A DNA stretch of 41,590 nucleotides. It comes from Nemertoderma westbladi (taxonomy: Eukaryota > Animalia > Xenacoelomorpha). Positions 1 to 12,245 of this stretch are shown here, one piece after another; the first letter of the stretch is position 1; each line of letters begins with the position of its first letter. Location: NCBI GenBank assembly GCA_032718475.1, contig JAUCBJ010002908.1, positions 1-41,590 of the forward strand, in the 5' to 3' direction. The position numbers were made by a program, and so were the translations under genes. The notes beneath the pieces are model-generated. The model was not told the origin of the DNA and did no database searches. It saw only the letters and a list, made by a program, of their open reading frames with translations.

Positions 1-1362
1 ATGCGCTTAAGGGATCGTTTCTCTAGCACAATGATAGATGGGTTGATACGTGTTGGAGGAACATTAACGAATGCTCCATTATCCTTTGACACTAAGTTTC
101 CCATACTCATTAGAAATCTTGAGATACAAGTCAAGATGATTGTAGATGTTCACAGCAAACTTTATCATGCTGGTAGAGAACGAGTTCTTAGCGAAATTCG
201 AACTCGCTATTATTTTTATAAACCCCGTAGAGCTCTGAACCAAGTTCTTAGGAATTGCATACCCTGTAGGAAAGCATTCAGTAGGCCTTTAACACAGCGA
301 GAGGCAGAATTACCTAGGGAACGAGTAAGCTTCTATGAACCACCCTTTACTAATACCGGTGTAGATTTATTTGGCCCTATTGAAGTATATCGTGCTAGGA
401 CTATAGTCAAGAGATGGTGTGTCATCTTTGTGTGTATGACTTGTAGAGCTATCCATCTCGATATGGTGAACGATTTATCTACCAACAGTTTCCTATTAAG
501 CTTACGACGACAGATCGCTCGCTTTGGAACTAGTAACACGATGAGATCTGATAAGGGAACAAACTTCATTGGTGCCAACAATGAAATCAAAGCTTACGTC
601 AAAGATTGGAACCAAAGACAGGTGGACGATCAGCTAAGGGTAACAGCGTCTAGCTGGACCTTCAACGCCGCCGACGCCCCTTGGTGGGGAGGAAGTTGGG
701 AGAGATTAATCAGGAGCGTGAAGACCGCATTTCACCTTATAGTGCCGTGCCGCGCGTATCTCACCGACGAACTTTTGCGGACGTTAATGGAGGAAATCGC
801 CGCCTATCTCAACGAGAGACCGCTTATGCCAGTCTCATCGAGTCCCGATTCCCTGGAAGCGCTAACACCCGCGCACTTCCTACTGAAGAAACCTGTAGCC
901 ATGCTCCCACAATCGGAAATCACAGACGGAGACGAATACTGCCGGCAAACTTGGCAACTCATGCAGTTGTTATCCCGTCGTTTCGCTGACCATTTCGAAA
1001 AACACTATCTGCCCACGCTACAACTTCGAACGAAGTGGTTTGCGCAGCAAGAAAACGTCAGCGCTGGAGACATGGTCCTTATTGTGGATTCAGATCTTCC
1101 ACGTAAGCGGTGGCAGACAGGTCGTATCATCGAGACTCACATCTCGGATGACGGTTTGGTGCGATCGGTAGAACTCGTCGTCATGCGACGTAACTTCAAG
1201 AAACCGGGAATTGTCTTCGAGACACAGCAGCTCAATCGCCCAGTTGGTCGTTTATGTTTACTGGAAAGAGACAGAGAACACTCCGGAAACTATGGAAGAC
1301 AAGATACTCTTCCCACGACCACCTCCCTAATCCAACAAACATCTAGGGACTCCCCAGCTTAG
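1..1362 (+). CDS. BEL/Pao LTR retrotransposon pol C-terminus (H2C2 zinc finger, rve integrase, DUF5641-like tail); 5' part outside window
   Basis: Uninterrupted ORF with HSKLYHAG...CIPC zinc finger, PFTNTGVDLFGP, RAIHLD, SDKGTNF, APWWGGSWERLIRSVK, LTPAHFL and GDMVLI...W..GRI...DGLVRSV motifs typical of BEL/Pao. Confidence 0.95.
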   Translation: MRLRDRFSSTMIDGLIRVGGTLTNAPLSFDTKFPILIRNLEIQVKMIVDVHSKLYHAGRERVLSEIRTRYYFYKPRRALNQVLRNCIPCRKAFSRPLTQREAELPRERVSFYEPPFTNTGVDLFGPIEVYRARTIVKRWCVIFVCMTCRAIHLDMVNDLSTNSFLLSLRRQIARFGTSNTMRSDKGTNFIGANNEIKAYVKDWNQRQVDDQLRVTASSWTFNAADAPWWGGSWERLIRSVKTAFHLIVPCRAYLTDELLRTLMEEIAAYLNERPLMPVSSSPDSLEALTPAHFLLKKPVAMLPQSEITDGDEYCRQTWQLMQLLSRRFADHFEKHYLPTLQLRTKWFAQQENVSAGDMVLIVDSDLPRKRWQTGRIIETHISDDGLVRSVELVVMRRNFKKPGIVFETQQLNRPVGRLCLLERDREHSGNYGRQDTLPTTTSLIQQTSRDSPA

Positions 1363-1380
1363 TAGCGTATGGAGTGGGTG

Positions 1381-1838
1381 TGTGACCATATTATTTTATA
1401 TTCTTATTATTTTATATTTATGTATGTATTATTATGTAATTTTATTATAATCGTTTTCTTTAATTTTATTTAGTAGGATGTTATTTTAGCGATTATTTAG
1501 TAGATTAGTGCAATATATATTCGCGTTTATTACTTAATTACTTATATATTATATATTTAGTGCGACGGCGAGAAATAATTCTTTTTCTCCTTCCTTACTG
1601 TCCGTATTACATTACAAATACGTAACTACAGTAAGATGAAATGTCCGTACTTATTAAAGTACAATAAAGCTCCTACTATATTCAAGTATTATTGGTAAGT
1701 AGAGTATTAGGAATGCAAAATTCAGATCCTCGTGTCTCGGCTAAACCAAGCTCTGGGTAGACCTTGGAAACGACTTGCCTCTTCTCACTGACATTGCTTC
1801 GTGCGATATTGCTCTCATACCGTATCTTAAATAATACA
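1381..1838 (+). mobile_element. Putative 3' LTR of the BEL/Pao element
   Basis: Purine tract GGAGTGGG (1371-1378) after the pol stop, then TGT... to ...ACA (1838); AATAAA near 1663. The 3' boundary is inferred because the 5' LTR is outside the window. Confidence 0.6.
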
Positions 1839-1909
1839 TATAGTAGCGTGATGTCCCTTTAACAGTAGCGTATAACGCAAAATAAATCTGTTAAACCCTT
1901 TGACCATCT

Positions 1910-2180
1910 GCAATTCTAGTCGATTAAGATATCGCGGCACCCACCGATATACTTGAAAGACAAAATTCTAGAATCAGTGGTTAACGTCCCCAGACAAGTT
2001 CTGGAATAAACTGGTGCCCATCCTAAATGTTAATTATTAATATTTATAAAATCTGTCAAATTTCAGATCCTTTAAAATTCTAGTCGATTAAGATATCGTA
2101 GCACTTACCGATACTCTTAAAAAAGACAAATTTCCTAGAATCAAGGATCCCAGTCCCCAGATATGTTCTGGAATAAAATT
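1910..2180. repeat. Two ~165-bp diverged tandem units
   Basis: AATTCTAGTCGATTAAGATATCG...CCGATA...AAAGACAAA...CTAGAATCA...CCCCAGA...GTTCTGGAATAAA occurs at ~1911 and ~2076. Confidence 0.75.
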
Positions 2181-3159
2181 GTGTCTATTTAATATTAAAT
2201 AATAAAATTTACAGGAATAAATTTAAATTCATGTTTTAATGAATTTAATAGATTGTCATTTTTATACAATTTATAACATTCCCAAAATTCCTTTAATTAA
2301 TAGATCATGGGAGCGGAGATTCACTTTATTAAGTGTATTAGTGTGCGAGAATCTCCAATATATAGTCAATAGCCGATAAAATTCATAAAATCATGTATAA
2401 AGAGAAATGACGTAAGAGCTACGACAGATTATGTGGTTTTTAGAAAATGTTAAAGTTCTCGGGAACGCCTCATTTTCCAGAGCTGAAATTTTGGTTGCTT
2501 GTAGAGAATCATAAAGTATATCTTCTACGTAATTGAAAAGTTAAGACATTTAATTGGGGATCGGCTAGAGACTCCGAAGTAATGACATAGGCCTACCGGT
2601 ACGGTACTGCTGTACTGTACAAGTACGAAATGGCAGAATAATAATTTGACACCACCAAGCGGATTAATATATAATTGTATATCGATCGAATAAATTTTAT
2701 AGCATGGGGTATAGGGTCCGAGCCACGAAGTTGGCGGAGCCTTTGCGAATTGACGCATCTCTTAGGGGGGTAGGTCAAATATGGCAAATAGTTCATTCAA
2801 TAATTGTACTGTATGTCATCATCGTCGCTACGATTTTGACTTACTTATATCTTCGTCAGATTTAACCCTTTCGGTACCATGGCACATACGTCTGTTCCAT
2901 GGGTATTGCGCCATGACACACACGTCTGTTCCATGACATTTATTTGATTTCTAAGAAGGGAAAATGTTGCTGGACTAATAAGTACATGCTTCCATATGTT
3001 AGCAAAGCATTTCAGCTTGTATCTACTGTAATTTAACTACCGGTAGGGCTACTGCAGACCTGCTTACAGTCTGCCAGACTTTAGCAATAACAGAATAAGG
3101 CAGTACTGCGGTAAGGTAGGCCTAAACTGACTAAACAGCCTAAACAAAAAAGCCTAAAC

Positions 3160-3660
3160 AGACTGACCTACAGACAGTCTGGATAGGGTCAAATTGAAAA
3201 CTGACAGCGGAAATGAAATCCTTGACCAGGAAAACCCTCATAGAGCGAATTTTAATTAGCTAATGTGATTATTCCTTATATTTTTGACGGACAGACAGAC
3301 CGACAGACAGTCTGGATAGGGTCAAAAGTGAAGACTGACAGCGGAAATGAAATCCTTGACCAGGAAAACCCCCATAGAGAGAATTTTAATTAGCTAATAT
3401 GATTCCTATATTTTCGACGGACAGACTGACAGACAGACAGACAGACCAACAGACCGACAGTCAGTCTGCATAGGGTCAAAAGTGAAAACTGACATCGGAA
3501 ATGAAATCCTTGACCAGGAAAACCCCCATAGCGAGAATTTTAATTAGCTAATGTGATTCCTTATACTTTTGACATTAATATTTCAGTATCAATACTAAAA
3601 CGTCATAAGGTAAATTATAATATTTCTTATAAATTGGGTCGCCTCCACGCCTAAAATATG
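3160..3660. mobile_element. Helentron-type non-autonomous element (HINE/pearl-like) with three ~135-155-bp core repeats and (ACAG)n microsatellite
   Basis: Three copies of GATAGGGTCAAAAGTGAAAACTGACAGCGGAAATGAAATCCTTGACCAGGAAAACCCCCATAG...TAATTAGCTAAT separated by ACAG/ACGG repeats. Confidence 0.6.
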
Positions 3661-4569
3661 TTAATTTTAAAACACCAATTTTCTGTTAATACCTGCCTGT
3701 GAACAATCTTCTGTGTACCTTTGGGTTGGGGTGCAGATTAAGGGGGGGGGGGGGGGGGGGTGAAAGCGAGCAACTTTCCCCTCTTATGATTTGTTTGCGG
3801 TTTGGTTAATTTCTTAAATACAGATTTTGTGTTAGAATTGCTCAATTTTAATTTGTATCTCATAACTGAGCCTCGTGCTGCGCGAAGGCCCCACGAACGT
3901 GTTCTCGAATATTTATTACGTTAACTAGAGAGCCGCTTAACTACATAAACCAATATTGGATATTGAGTTCCGTTTTGGTGTACGCCGCGCAGACATTAAA
4001 GTTGCAATAACTTTTGAGTGGGCGAATGGATTTTGCTCAAATCACTTACAAACCTGTTCTACGTCGATGCTGTTTCACCACATGTAATAAAATGAAAAAA
4101 ATTCCACCAAAATATTTAACTTTACTTTTTTCGCCGGGAAAAAAGTAAAATCAATGCATTCCTATTGATTACTTTTTACCCTAGGGAAAAAAGTGAAACT
4201 TTTTCTCCCGATTTTGGGGTATATTCGAGCGAAAAAGTGACAATTTAAGAATAAATAATTATTGTTCGTAATTTTAATAAGCAAAACTTTATTATTGTAA
4301 TTTATTGACTAATGTTGTTGTAATGTAAAACAAGGGAGCCGTTATAATATTTGCACCCTAGGCTACAGTCATGAGTTTAGGTCAGCATATCCTTTATGGT
4401 TTCACGCTTTGGTTAGGTATCACAGGCCCAGCCAGAAATTTAACCTGATCTGTAACTTTTGTAAGATTGACTGCTTTATATCGAAATTCAAAAGATCAAG
4501 TTAGAAGATGGTACCGGTAGGCGGTAGCGTGGTACCGGTAGGCGGTAGCGTAGTAGGTCTCCGCATTCA

Positions 4570-5350
4570 CTGAAGGAGTGAAAAAGGATTCTTGTAAAGA
4601 ACTCGGGGTTATTATGACAATATATCGCAATTTCTGAAAAGACTAGCCAACAAGTGTCAAAGGCTTACAAAGTGTGTAACATAATGATAATATTTAGATG
4701 TTAACTTACGTCGAATGTAAAGGTTATAACTACTGGATATGGATAAGGCATATGTCCGCCATAATAATTAATAATACACTATTTAACACTATTTAACACA
4801 ATAAACAAATTATATATTCTTAAACTAAACAAACAAATAATTAATGGGAGGATGTGATGTGAGGATGTGAGTTCTGTGACGGATTATGATTAACCTAAAT
4901 TAAAATTCGCCTAAGCTCGCATTCAATAAAAAAGATTGTTATTATTTTAAAAAGTGTTATATAATACAATTATAAAATAATGTCGAATAGTTATGTAAAA
5001 ACGAATTACTGTGCGTATTCAATTGAACCGGGCCATCTATTAAAAAATTTAGGAAATATATTTTATAGGCCCCTACCTGATACTTAACGTTAGAGTATTG
5101 CACGGTGATTTGTTCATCATATTTAAATCTACAACCGTTAGAAATTAGGCGAATTATCTGGATGGCTTGAATGGTTGGTTGAACAATGGCTTATACTATG
5201 TCACAATAACTGACCTGTGTTTTAAACAATTTTTTCATGGATGCCAACAGACAATGTTCGCGGGGCCATAATATGAAGTAGATAAGTTGTCTCTAGAAAT
5301 CGCTTTGCAAGCAATTATGTATCGGTCTGGAATTCATTAGCTTCTGATAC
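4570..5350 (+). pseudogene. Highly degraded CR1-clade LINE RT C-terminal remnant
   Basis: Fragmentary translations KELGVI, VSKAYK, EYCTVI, LNLQPLEIRRI, RGHNMK, VWNSL occur in CR1-like order, with frameshifts and an AT-rich interruption. Confidence 0.55.
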
Positions 5351-6516
5351 TGTCGAATGCAATAATTAATTTGGATACTTTTAATCGCCGTATTGTGTTT
5401 GTAATATAGATTTCAGTTACCATGTGTCATTTTAATAATTAGTAATCAATCCATAATATTTTATATTTTTTAAATTTTTTTAGTAATAAATATCTAGTGT
5501 TCGAACTACGGGTATTGCTCATCATTATACGCGTACGCGTACGTACGCCAAATTAATTAGCAATCTACATACGCATACGCGTATGTGAAATAGCACATAC
5601 ACGTAGCTGAAATGTCACATAACGCGTATAAGTATATAAAGTAATATGTTTGCTTATAATGGCTTCTCTCTGTTTTACTGGCCAGCGCAGCAGCAGCACT
5701 ACGTCTGTACGACAGTACGGTCATTACACAATTCCAGCATTATCATCTAAACAGGTACCAGGGTACCGGTAGTGCTTTAGTGCTGGTCTTTGTAGGGATA
5801 CCACGAACTTGGAACTCGACCCACTATGTGGCTCGCTCCAGCAGTGTACTGTAGTCATACCACGGACTCGCCTCATCACAGTAAGTGGCTCGCCCCAGAA
5901 CACAGACATTACGTTCACGTTCAGTATTCCGTGCAGTACTGTAGCACGTAGCCTACTTTATGCACGTAGTGACGTACAGCAGTACAGTACATCTCATTCT
6001 GTGTGCAGTCTAGGTTATCCATGGTATCATCAATCATGCACCTGTCTGCATGATATCAGTACAGCAGTATCTCTTGGTATTATGTGTCAGTGATATATGT
6101 CATATATATTATGTATGTGTCAGTGGCTTGTGCTACGTCGCTTCCGAGGATTTAGATTACCTCATCCCTGAACTAGGCCTCCTATACACTAACACTATAC
6201 ATACATGTATACCACTCATACCAGTCAGCCAGTACAGCAGTATACAGTGTACAGGTATATACATCCACTTCGATTATTAACACTACTACTACTACTACTA
6301 GGATCGGCATGCTGCATTGCAGCTGCATTTTTAAGAATGCTGTGCCGGCTTGTCAACAAAACTGCACCGCCACAACTCCCTATCACCCATGACATTTGCT
6401 AGATCATCCGCATCTTCAAGGCCAGTGTCATTTAAGATGCGTCTCAAGAAAGTCATGGGCTGTCCACCATGCTTATTCACTCCATGAGGCTGCGAAAGTA
6501 CAAGATTATGCACTGG

Positions 6517-8368
6517 CAGTCGGTGAGAAGTCCAAAATTGGACTTGAGTCCAAAATTGGACTTCGACTCCAGTTCAAGTCCAAAATTGGACTTCTGTGAG
6601 TCCAAAATTGGACTTCAAATCAGCCAATTGTTCCAGGGCCTTCGTTAATTGGATCGGGCGGGATTTTTTTCTTTTAATCGAAAATATATCAAAAAATAAG
6701 AGTTTTGAACAGGGGGACCTGAAATTCACCAGGGGGAACTTTTTTTATAAGGCTTTGAATTTTTACAAAAGTCCAATATTGGACTTTATGTCCAATTTTG
6801 GACGCGACATTGAGAATCTAACTTAAATGTACATGAAGCATAACAGACTGACAGATGAGAGACAGCCAGACAGCTATTAAGTTATGGAAAGTTACCTTTG
6901 CAGCTCTCTGTATGTATCTTCAGTGTAACTGTATTTAGAATCTAATGGTACATTCTAGCATTCTAGGTACTTTGTACTTTACTTTTAGCATATTGTTTAG
7001 TTTACATTCATGTTATGTCTAACCTTACAGCTTTATGTACCCAGGACTTTAGAGTCTTTAGGACTAGATTAGATTATGCTCCAAGAAATATTTAATTACA
7101 AATTATATTTGGTGGAAACTGGTAGCAATGCCAGGTTTGCCAACTGCAGCTGCTGCTAGGGCTTACTACAGTCTGACAGTACACGCTACGATTTTGTCTA
7201 AGCTTATGGGAGCCCTATCAGAAAGAAATACTACAAGTTGATGCTACCACCGTCCACCATCTCTTCTAATTTTTCCATACAACAGGGAGGGTATTTTAAA
7301 TCGGCTGGATAATGAAACGGGATTAACTGATTAACGTGTTGGGGTCTCCACATAATAAGTAGCCTACAGAAGTAACACAGAACACACGTCATAAACCAAT
7401 TGAGGGAAAGGAACAGGTTACAGACAGACAGAGGCAGGCTTTTCTAACTAAAACAATAAACGGCCACTTTTGACTTTACAAATTGAGGGAGCCCTATCAC
7501 CACATACTACTAACTACAATCCAGCAATCGGCATGCTGCATTGCAGCAAGAATGCTGTGCTGGCTTATTGACAGAAGTGCGCCTCCACAACTCCCTTACA
7601 CTCTTACAGCCTTATCACCCATGACATTTGCTAGATCATCCGCATCTTCAAGGTCAGTGTCCTTTGAGACAGTAAGAAAGACTGAAAGATGCGTCTCAAG
7701 AAAGTCATGGGCTGTCCACCATGCTTATTTACTCCATGAGGTGCACTGGCTGGTCCTCATGGCGAAAGCAATGTCCTGCAAATCGGAGGCGGCTTTGTTC
7801 TAGTGTCAAGCTTGGGGGAACTAATGAGAAACCTCCAACACCAATGTTATATAGTGTCTGGTTGGAGATGTGTGCATTGTGATTGTACTTGACACAGTGA
7901 ACCCAATCAAAACAATTAGCCAATAAACATTAACTCAATAACATAATAGGTTACAGTTTACAGTAGTCTTATTTTTGCCATACGAAAATACAGAAATACC
8001 ACAGGTATGTATGAACTATACAGCTATAACTCAACTACCGCTACTGCGGTATGCCGGTATACACCATACCACTACCGCAAAAAGTAACTACTGATGTCTG
8101 ACTGTACGTGTGCGATCTGCGGTCCCTGCTTATAATACTTATAATAATTAATTTGATCATTAAAATGATGTTGCATTGTAATTATGTAATATATATGTAC
8201 TGACTGACTGATACGGGATGCAGTTTTGATTGAAATACCGATATAAAGTATGGCAGCATGGGTATACTTAGAGTTGTACTAAAGTCCAATATTGGACTTT
8301 GGAGTCCAAAATTGGACTTAAAGTCTAAAATTGGACTTGAAGTCCAATTTTTGACTTCTCACCGACTG
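6517..8368. mobile_element. Non-autonomous DNA transposon with 5-bp TSD (hAT5-like)
   Basis: TIR CAGTCGGTGAGAAGTC... / ...GACTTCTCACCGACTG; TSD ACTGG at 6512-6516 and 8369-8373; many subterminal near-palindromes AGTCCAAAATTGGACT at both ends. Confidence 0.85.
7505..7905 (-). mobile_element. RTE 3' fragment nested inside the hAT5-like element
   Basis: Closely matches 6300-6490 and 8370-8515. Confidence 0.85.
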
Positions 8369-8380
8369 ACTGGCTGGTCC

Positions 8381-9601
8381 TCACGGCGAAAGCAATGTCC
8401 TGCAAAGCGGAGGCGATTTTTGTTCTAGTGTCAAGCTTGGGGGAACCAATGAGACACCTCCAATGTTATATAGTGTCTGGTTGGAGATGTGTGCAGTGTA
8501 CTTGACACAATGAACCCGGCGTAGCATTCTTGTGAATGTGCCATCCAGAGATTTGGTGTCCTCAGCAGTTAGAGCCCAGCATGGACTCCCGTGGAGGAGT
8601 ACTGGAACTACTGCTGCTCTAAATAATCGGACCTTAAGTTTCCGATTAATTCTCGGTGACTTCCAAATCCTGGAAAGCCTATTCAAGGCTGCCCATGCCT
8701 TTCCCTTACGTATTCGAAGGTCCTCACCTGACTTCCGGATCCATGATCCCAGGTAACAGAAGTCGTCCACATGCTCAAGCATACCATCCTTTGAGCTTAT
8801 GCTCATCCGATCAGAGACTTGCTGAGGACTTTCAAAGTTAACTGTCAAAATTTTGGTCTTTCTGGAGTTAATAAAAAGACCAACACTAGAAGCAGCATGT
8901 TCTAATGAGCTGAGGAGCCGTTGGGCTCCCTCTAATGATTCTGAGAGTACTCCTAAGTCATCAGCAATGTCTAGATCAGTTAGGTACTTGGCAGGATTTC
9001 CTCGGCTTCTGGAACCAGTAGGTGGAGTTATCATCACCCCATCATCATTATGATGATCTAAGGACATTCGTAGAACATAGTCAACCACAATAATGAACAA
9101 GAATGGTGCAAGTGTGTCTCCTTGGAGGACGCCCCATAACACTTCAAATGGTTCTGTGTCACCGTCAACAGTAGACACAAATGTTGTCGAACCATCGTAT
9201 ACTGATCTGATTGCTGCAATAATTTCATCAGGAATCCCATATAATATAAGTATGCTGAACATACGTGAGCGAGAGACTGAATCAAAGGTCTTGAAGAAGT
9301 CAACAAAGATAACAGCCAGATGCCTGTCTTTCTTTTTTGATAATTCTTCAATTATCCTTCTAAGTGCCAAATTGGGCTCCATGGTCCCACGACCTTTACG
9401 GAACCCATTCTGATTTCCACGGAGCAGTCTCTCAATGGGATCCCTGATGCGATTTAATAGAATCCTATTGTATAGCTTTGCAGCAATCGAGATCAATGAG
9501 ATTCCCCGAAAAGAACCATAGAGTGTTAGGTTGCCCTTCTTGGGAACTGGCACCAACTTATTTGTTTTCATTTCTTGTGGGACTCTTGTTGTTCGGTACA
9601 T
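8381..9601 (-). pseudogene. RTE-type reverse transcriptase (partial ORF, 406 aa)
   Basis: Motifs PVPKKG, FRGISL, NQNGFRKGRGT, FVDFFKTFDSV, GVLQGDTLAPFLF, DLDIADDL (variant of Y/FADD), FCYLGS; no endonuclease; frameshift near the C-terminus. Confidence 0.9.
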
Positions 9602-10243
9602 GTCTACTATGATGGGATATTATTAACACTAATATGTACATGTGCACTACAAATGTAATATTGGGAAATTTAAGGTATGAAAAACGTAGATTAGCTACTT
9701 CATGGGGGGGGGGGGGGGGGGGGTGCTTAGATCGTGGCTTTTCCAGTTAACATTATTCCATTTTGTATAAAACAAGTGATGTGGTTGGAGAAACCTGCTA
9801 GGGGCGGCTACTAAGCAGCAACCAATCATGTTAATCGTGTTTAACACAGAGTCAATGAGAATGGAATATTGCTAACTTCAAAAAGTTCAGGTTACCATTA
9901 TTCCAAAATAATCAGATATTACAGTAATAAGCTGCTAGTGTTGTTAGTAGTTAGTCAGTTAGTATTCGAGTAAGCCATAGAATATTAATTATATGGTACA
10001 ATAGGCAGATACTGTAGGATTACAATGATGTAATAAACTGTAAATGAAATATTTATATATAGGCCTAGTTAAGTCTAGGTTTAGGCCTAGTAATAAACAT
10101 ACTGTACTTATACAATATCTCATTGAAGTACTTGCCACGTATGTAGTATATTCAATGTGGGCAAAATACAGGCAGACAGGTCTCACATATCGTGTTGCGT
10201 TTTATTCACACAACTTTTATGATACCAACCACTTCATCCAAAC

Positions 10244-10490
10244 GGGGTGTAAGTAAATGAAACGCCATAACGCCGACAACCAGACAACTGACAGCCAACG
10301 CCGACAACCATTATTAAAGCCAATTAATTAAATGTTATTTATTAATTGAGGGAAAGGAACAGGTTACAGTGCAGGCAAGGTTAGTCTAACCAAAACAAAC
10401 GAGAGTTACGAACTCATGTTACATTTTCATATTTGCTGTTGTTGGGCAGTAGTCTGGTGGTTGACAGTTGTCGGCGTAGTGTTTACACCT
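10244..10490. mobile_element. Small degenerate MITE carrying the shared core motif
   Basis: GGTGTAA...ACGCCGACAAC versus GTTGTCGGCGT...TTACACC; possible degenerate TSD TCATCCAAA/TCATCTACA; core motif at 10349-10400. Confidence 0.55.
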
Positions 10491-10743
10491 GTCATCTACA
10501 GATGTGGTTACACCTACATCATATCCATTCAATTGGTCCAAGGTCTGTCTGTAGCATTCCCAACATGCGAGTAGCAAAAAGAAGTGCTGGTCGGCTGGAC
10601 AACGTGGAAATGGTTTAGTTTTGCTGTCGGTTCTCCTTTCATCAATTTTTTGTTTGTGTCTCGATAACGCAGAGGTTGTTGTGTACTTCTTATTGCATAA
10701 GCAGATAAATTACATTCCACTACTTTTTCAATCGTCTCATTAC

Positions 10744-11692
10744 GGGTCCTACTAAATACCCAACTTTACCCAACTCCACCCAACTTTACCCAACTTCACC
10801 CAACTTTACCCAATTTTACCCAACTTTTTACCCAACTTTACCCAACTTTACCACACTTTACCCAATACCACCCAACTTTACCCAACTTCACCCAATCAAT
10901 TACCCAATCCACTTTACCCAACTTTACCCAATACCACCCAACTTTACCCAATCATTTCAATCCATCAATCCATCATCAGGCCTAATCAATTAGTTCAGTA
11001 TGCAGTAGTTAGGCCTATCTACCATATCCAATCTGCCAATGGCTGATTGGAGTGGAGGCAAGGCTGCAGAGGGAAACTTGATGCATATCTCAACCTGAAT
11101 GTTAAATTCTCAATTTAGGGAAAGGAACAGGTTATAGTGGCACGTTATTCTAACCAAAACAATAAACTAAAGTCTATTCTATAGAACATCACTACCCCGA
11201 AATGCACCCTCATACAGCCATATTGATCATTTTATTGATGTCTGGATGTGTTATGTTATGATTATAAGTACTGGCTGACTGGAGTATGACTACTGGACTA
11301 TACAGCTATAAACATGAAGCCATAGCTGCATAGGCCTACACTGATACAAACCATTCCTACTATGACCTACTGTATTACAGCTGTACAGTCTGACAGTACT
11401 GCAGTATTAAACTGCCAGACAGACTGCTGGAATGCTACTGTCAGACAGTAGGCCTACTGGTCCGGTACTGTAGTAAGTAAGTAAGCCTTCTGCTGTACTG
11501 TATTGCATCACTGGTCGGCAGATAGGTAGTTGGGTATTCGATTGGGTAAAGTTGGGTAAAGTTGGGTGGTATTGGGTAAAGTGGGGTAAAGTTGGGTAAA
11601 GTTGGGTAAAAAGTTGGGTAAAGTGGGGTAAAGTTGGGTAAGTTTGGGTAAAGTTGGGTAGATTTGGGTAAAGTTGGGTAATTAGTAGGACC
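10744..11692. mobile_element. Foldback/MULE-like element with TIRs built of 10-bp tandem units (TTTACCCAAC)
   Basis: Ends GGGTCCTACTAA / TTAGTAGGACC; TSD GTCTCATTAC at 10734-10743 and 11693-11702 (9-10 bp); inverted arrays at 10756-10951 and 11530-11680. Confidence 0.9.
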
Positions 11693-12245
11693 GTCTCATT
11701 ACTGCTCCCATATGTACTGTAACTACAATGATATACCTTAATAATTTGCTTTGATGTACTTACTGTTCTACCTGACGACTGACTGCTTTCGGTATAACTT
11801 GTATAATGAAACAGAAAAAGCCAGTCTCAGGGTTAGGGGAAGGGCCTAATACTGTAATAGAATAGTGAATACAGATACTGAGATATGGAATAATGTTAAC
11901 CTGAACTTTTTCATGTTAGCAATATTCCATTCTCATTGACTCTGTGTTAAACAGGATTAACGTGATTGGTTGCTGCTTAGTAGCAGCCCCTAGCAGCTTT
12001 CTCCAACCACATTACTTGTTTTATACAAAATGGAATAATGTTAACTGGAAAAGCCACGATCTAAGCACCAGTGGGGGGGGGGGGGGGGGGGGGTGTAGGG
12101 TGTAGAGATTTGGGTGTATAATCTGATAATTCAGTTACCTAGGTATATACTGGTATATGGTATACTAATCATAAGTATTAGTAATACAGTAATAATAATA
12201 ATAATAGGCCTATTCAATTTAGCAATCAAAATTATTCACTTCAAA

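Larger units (their letters stand above)
6282..9620 (-). mobile_element. 5'-truncated RTE-clade non-LTR retrotransposon, split by a DNA transposon at 6517-8368
   Basis: RT ORF at 8381-9601; the 3' end continues at 6516-6300 and ends in a (TAG)n tail (ACTACTACT.. on +). The two halves join across the ACTGG TSD, as shown by the uninterrupted copy at ~7742 (TGCACTGGCTGGTCC). Confidence 0.9.
9722..12069. mobile_element. Non-autonomous element with ~184-bp TIRs (MULE-like), inside piggyBac
   Basis: 9722-9905 is a near-perfect reverse complement of 11886-12069 (GGTGCTTAGATCGTGGCTTTTCC...); a poly-G run lies on each side. Confidence 0.85.

Noticed and set aside
681-989. Short alternative-frame and antisense ORFs in the track (here and throughout)
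   Set aside because: Shadows of transposon ORFs or exons, or random AT-rich ORFs with no recognisable motifs.
2862-2940. piggyBac-type MITE starting TTAA-CCCTTTCGGTACC
   Set aside because: No matching opposite end was found in the window, so boundaries cannot be supported.
9627-9640. EnSpm/CACTA superfamily element
   Set aside because: The TTAA TSD and piggyBac transposase identify it as piggyBac.
11530-11680. Interstitial telomeric repeat
   Set aside because: It is one arm of an inverted pair bounded by TIR ends and a TSD.
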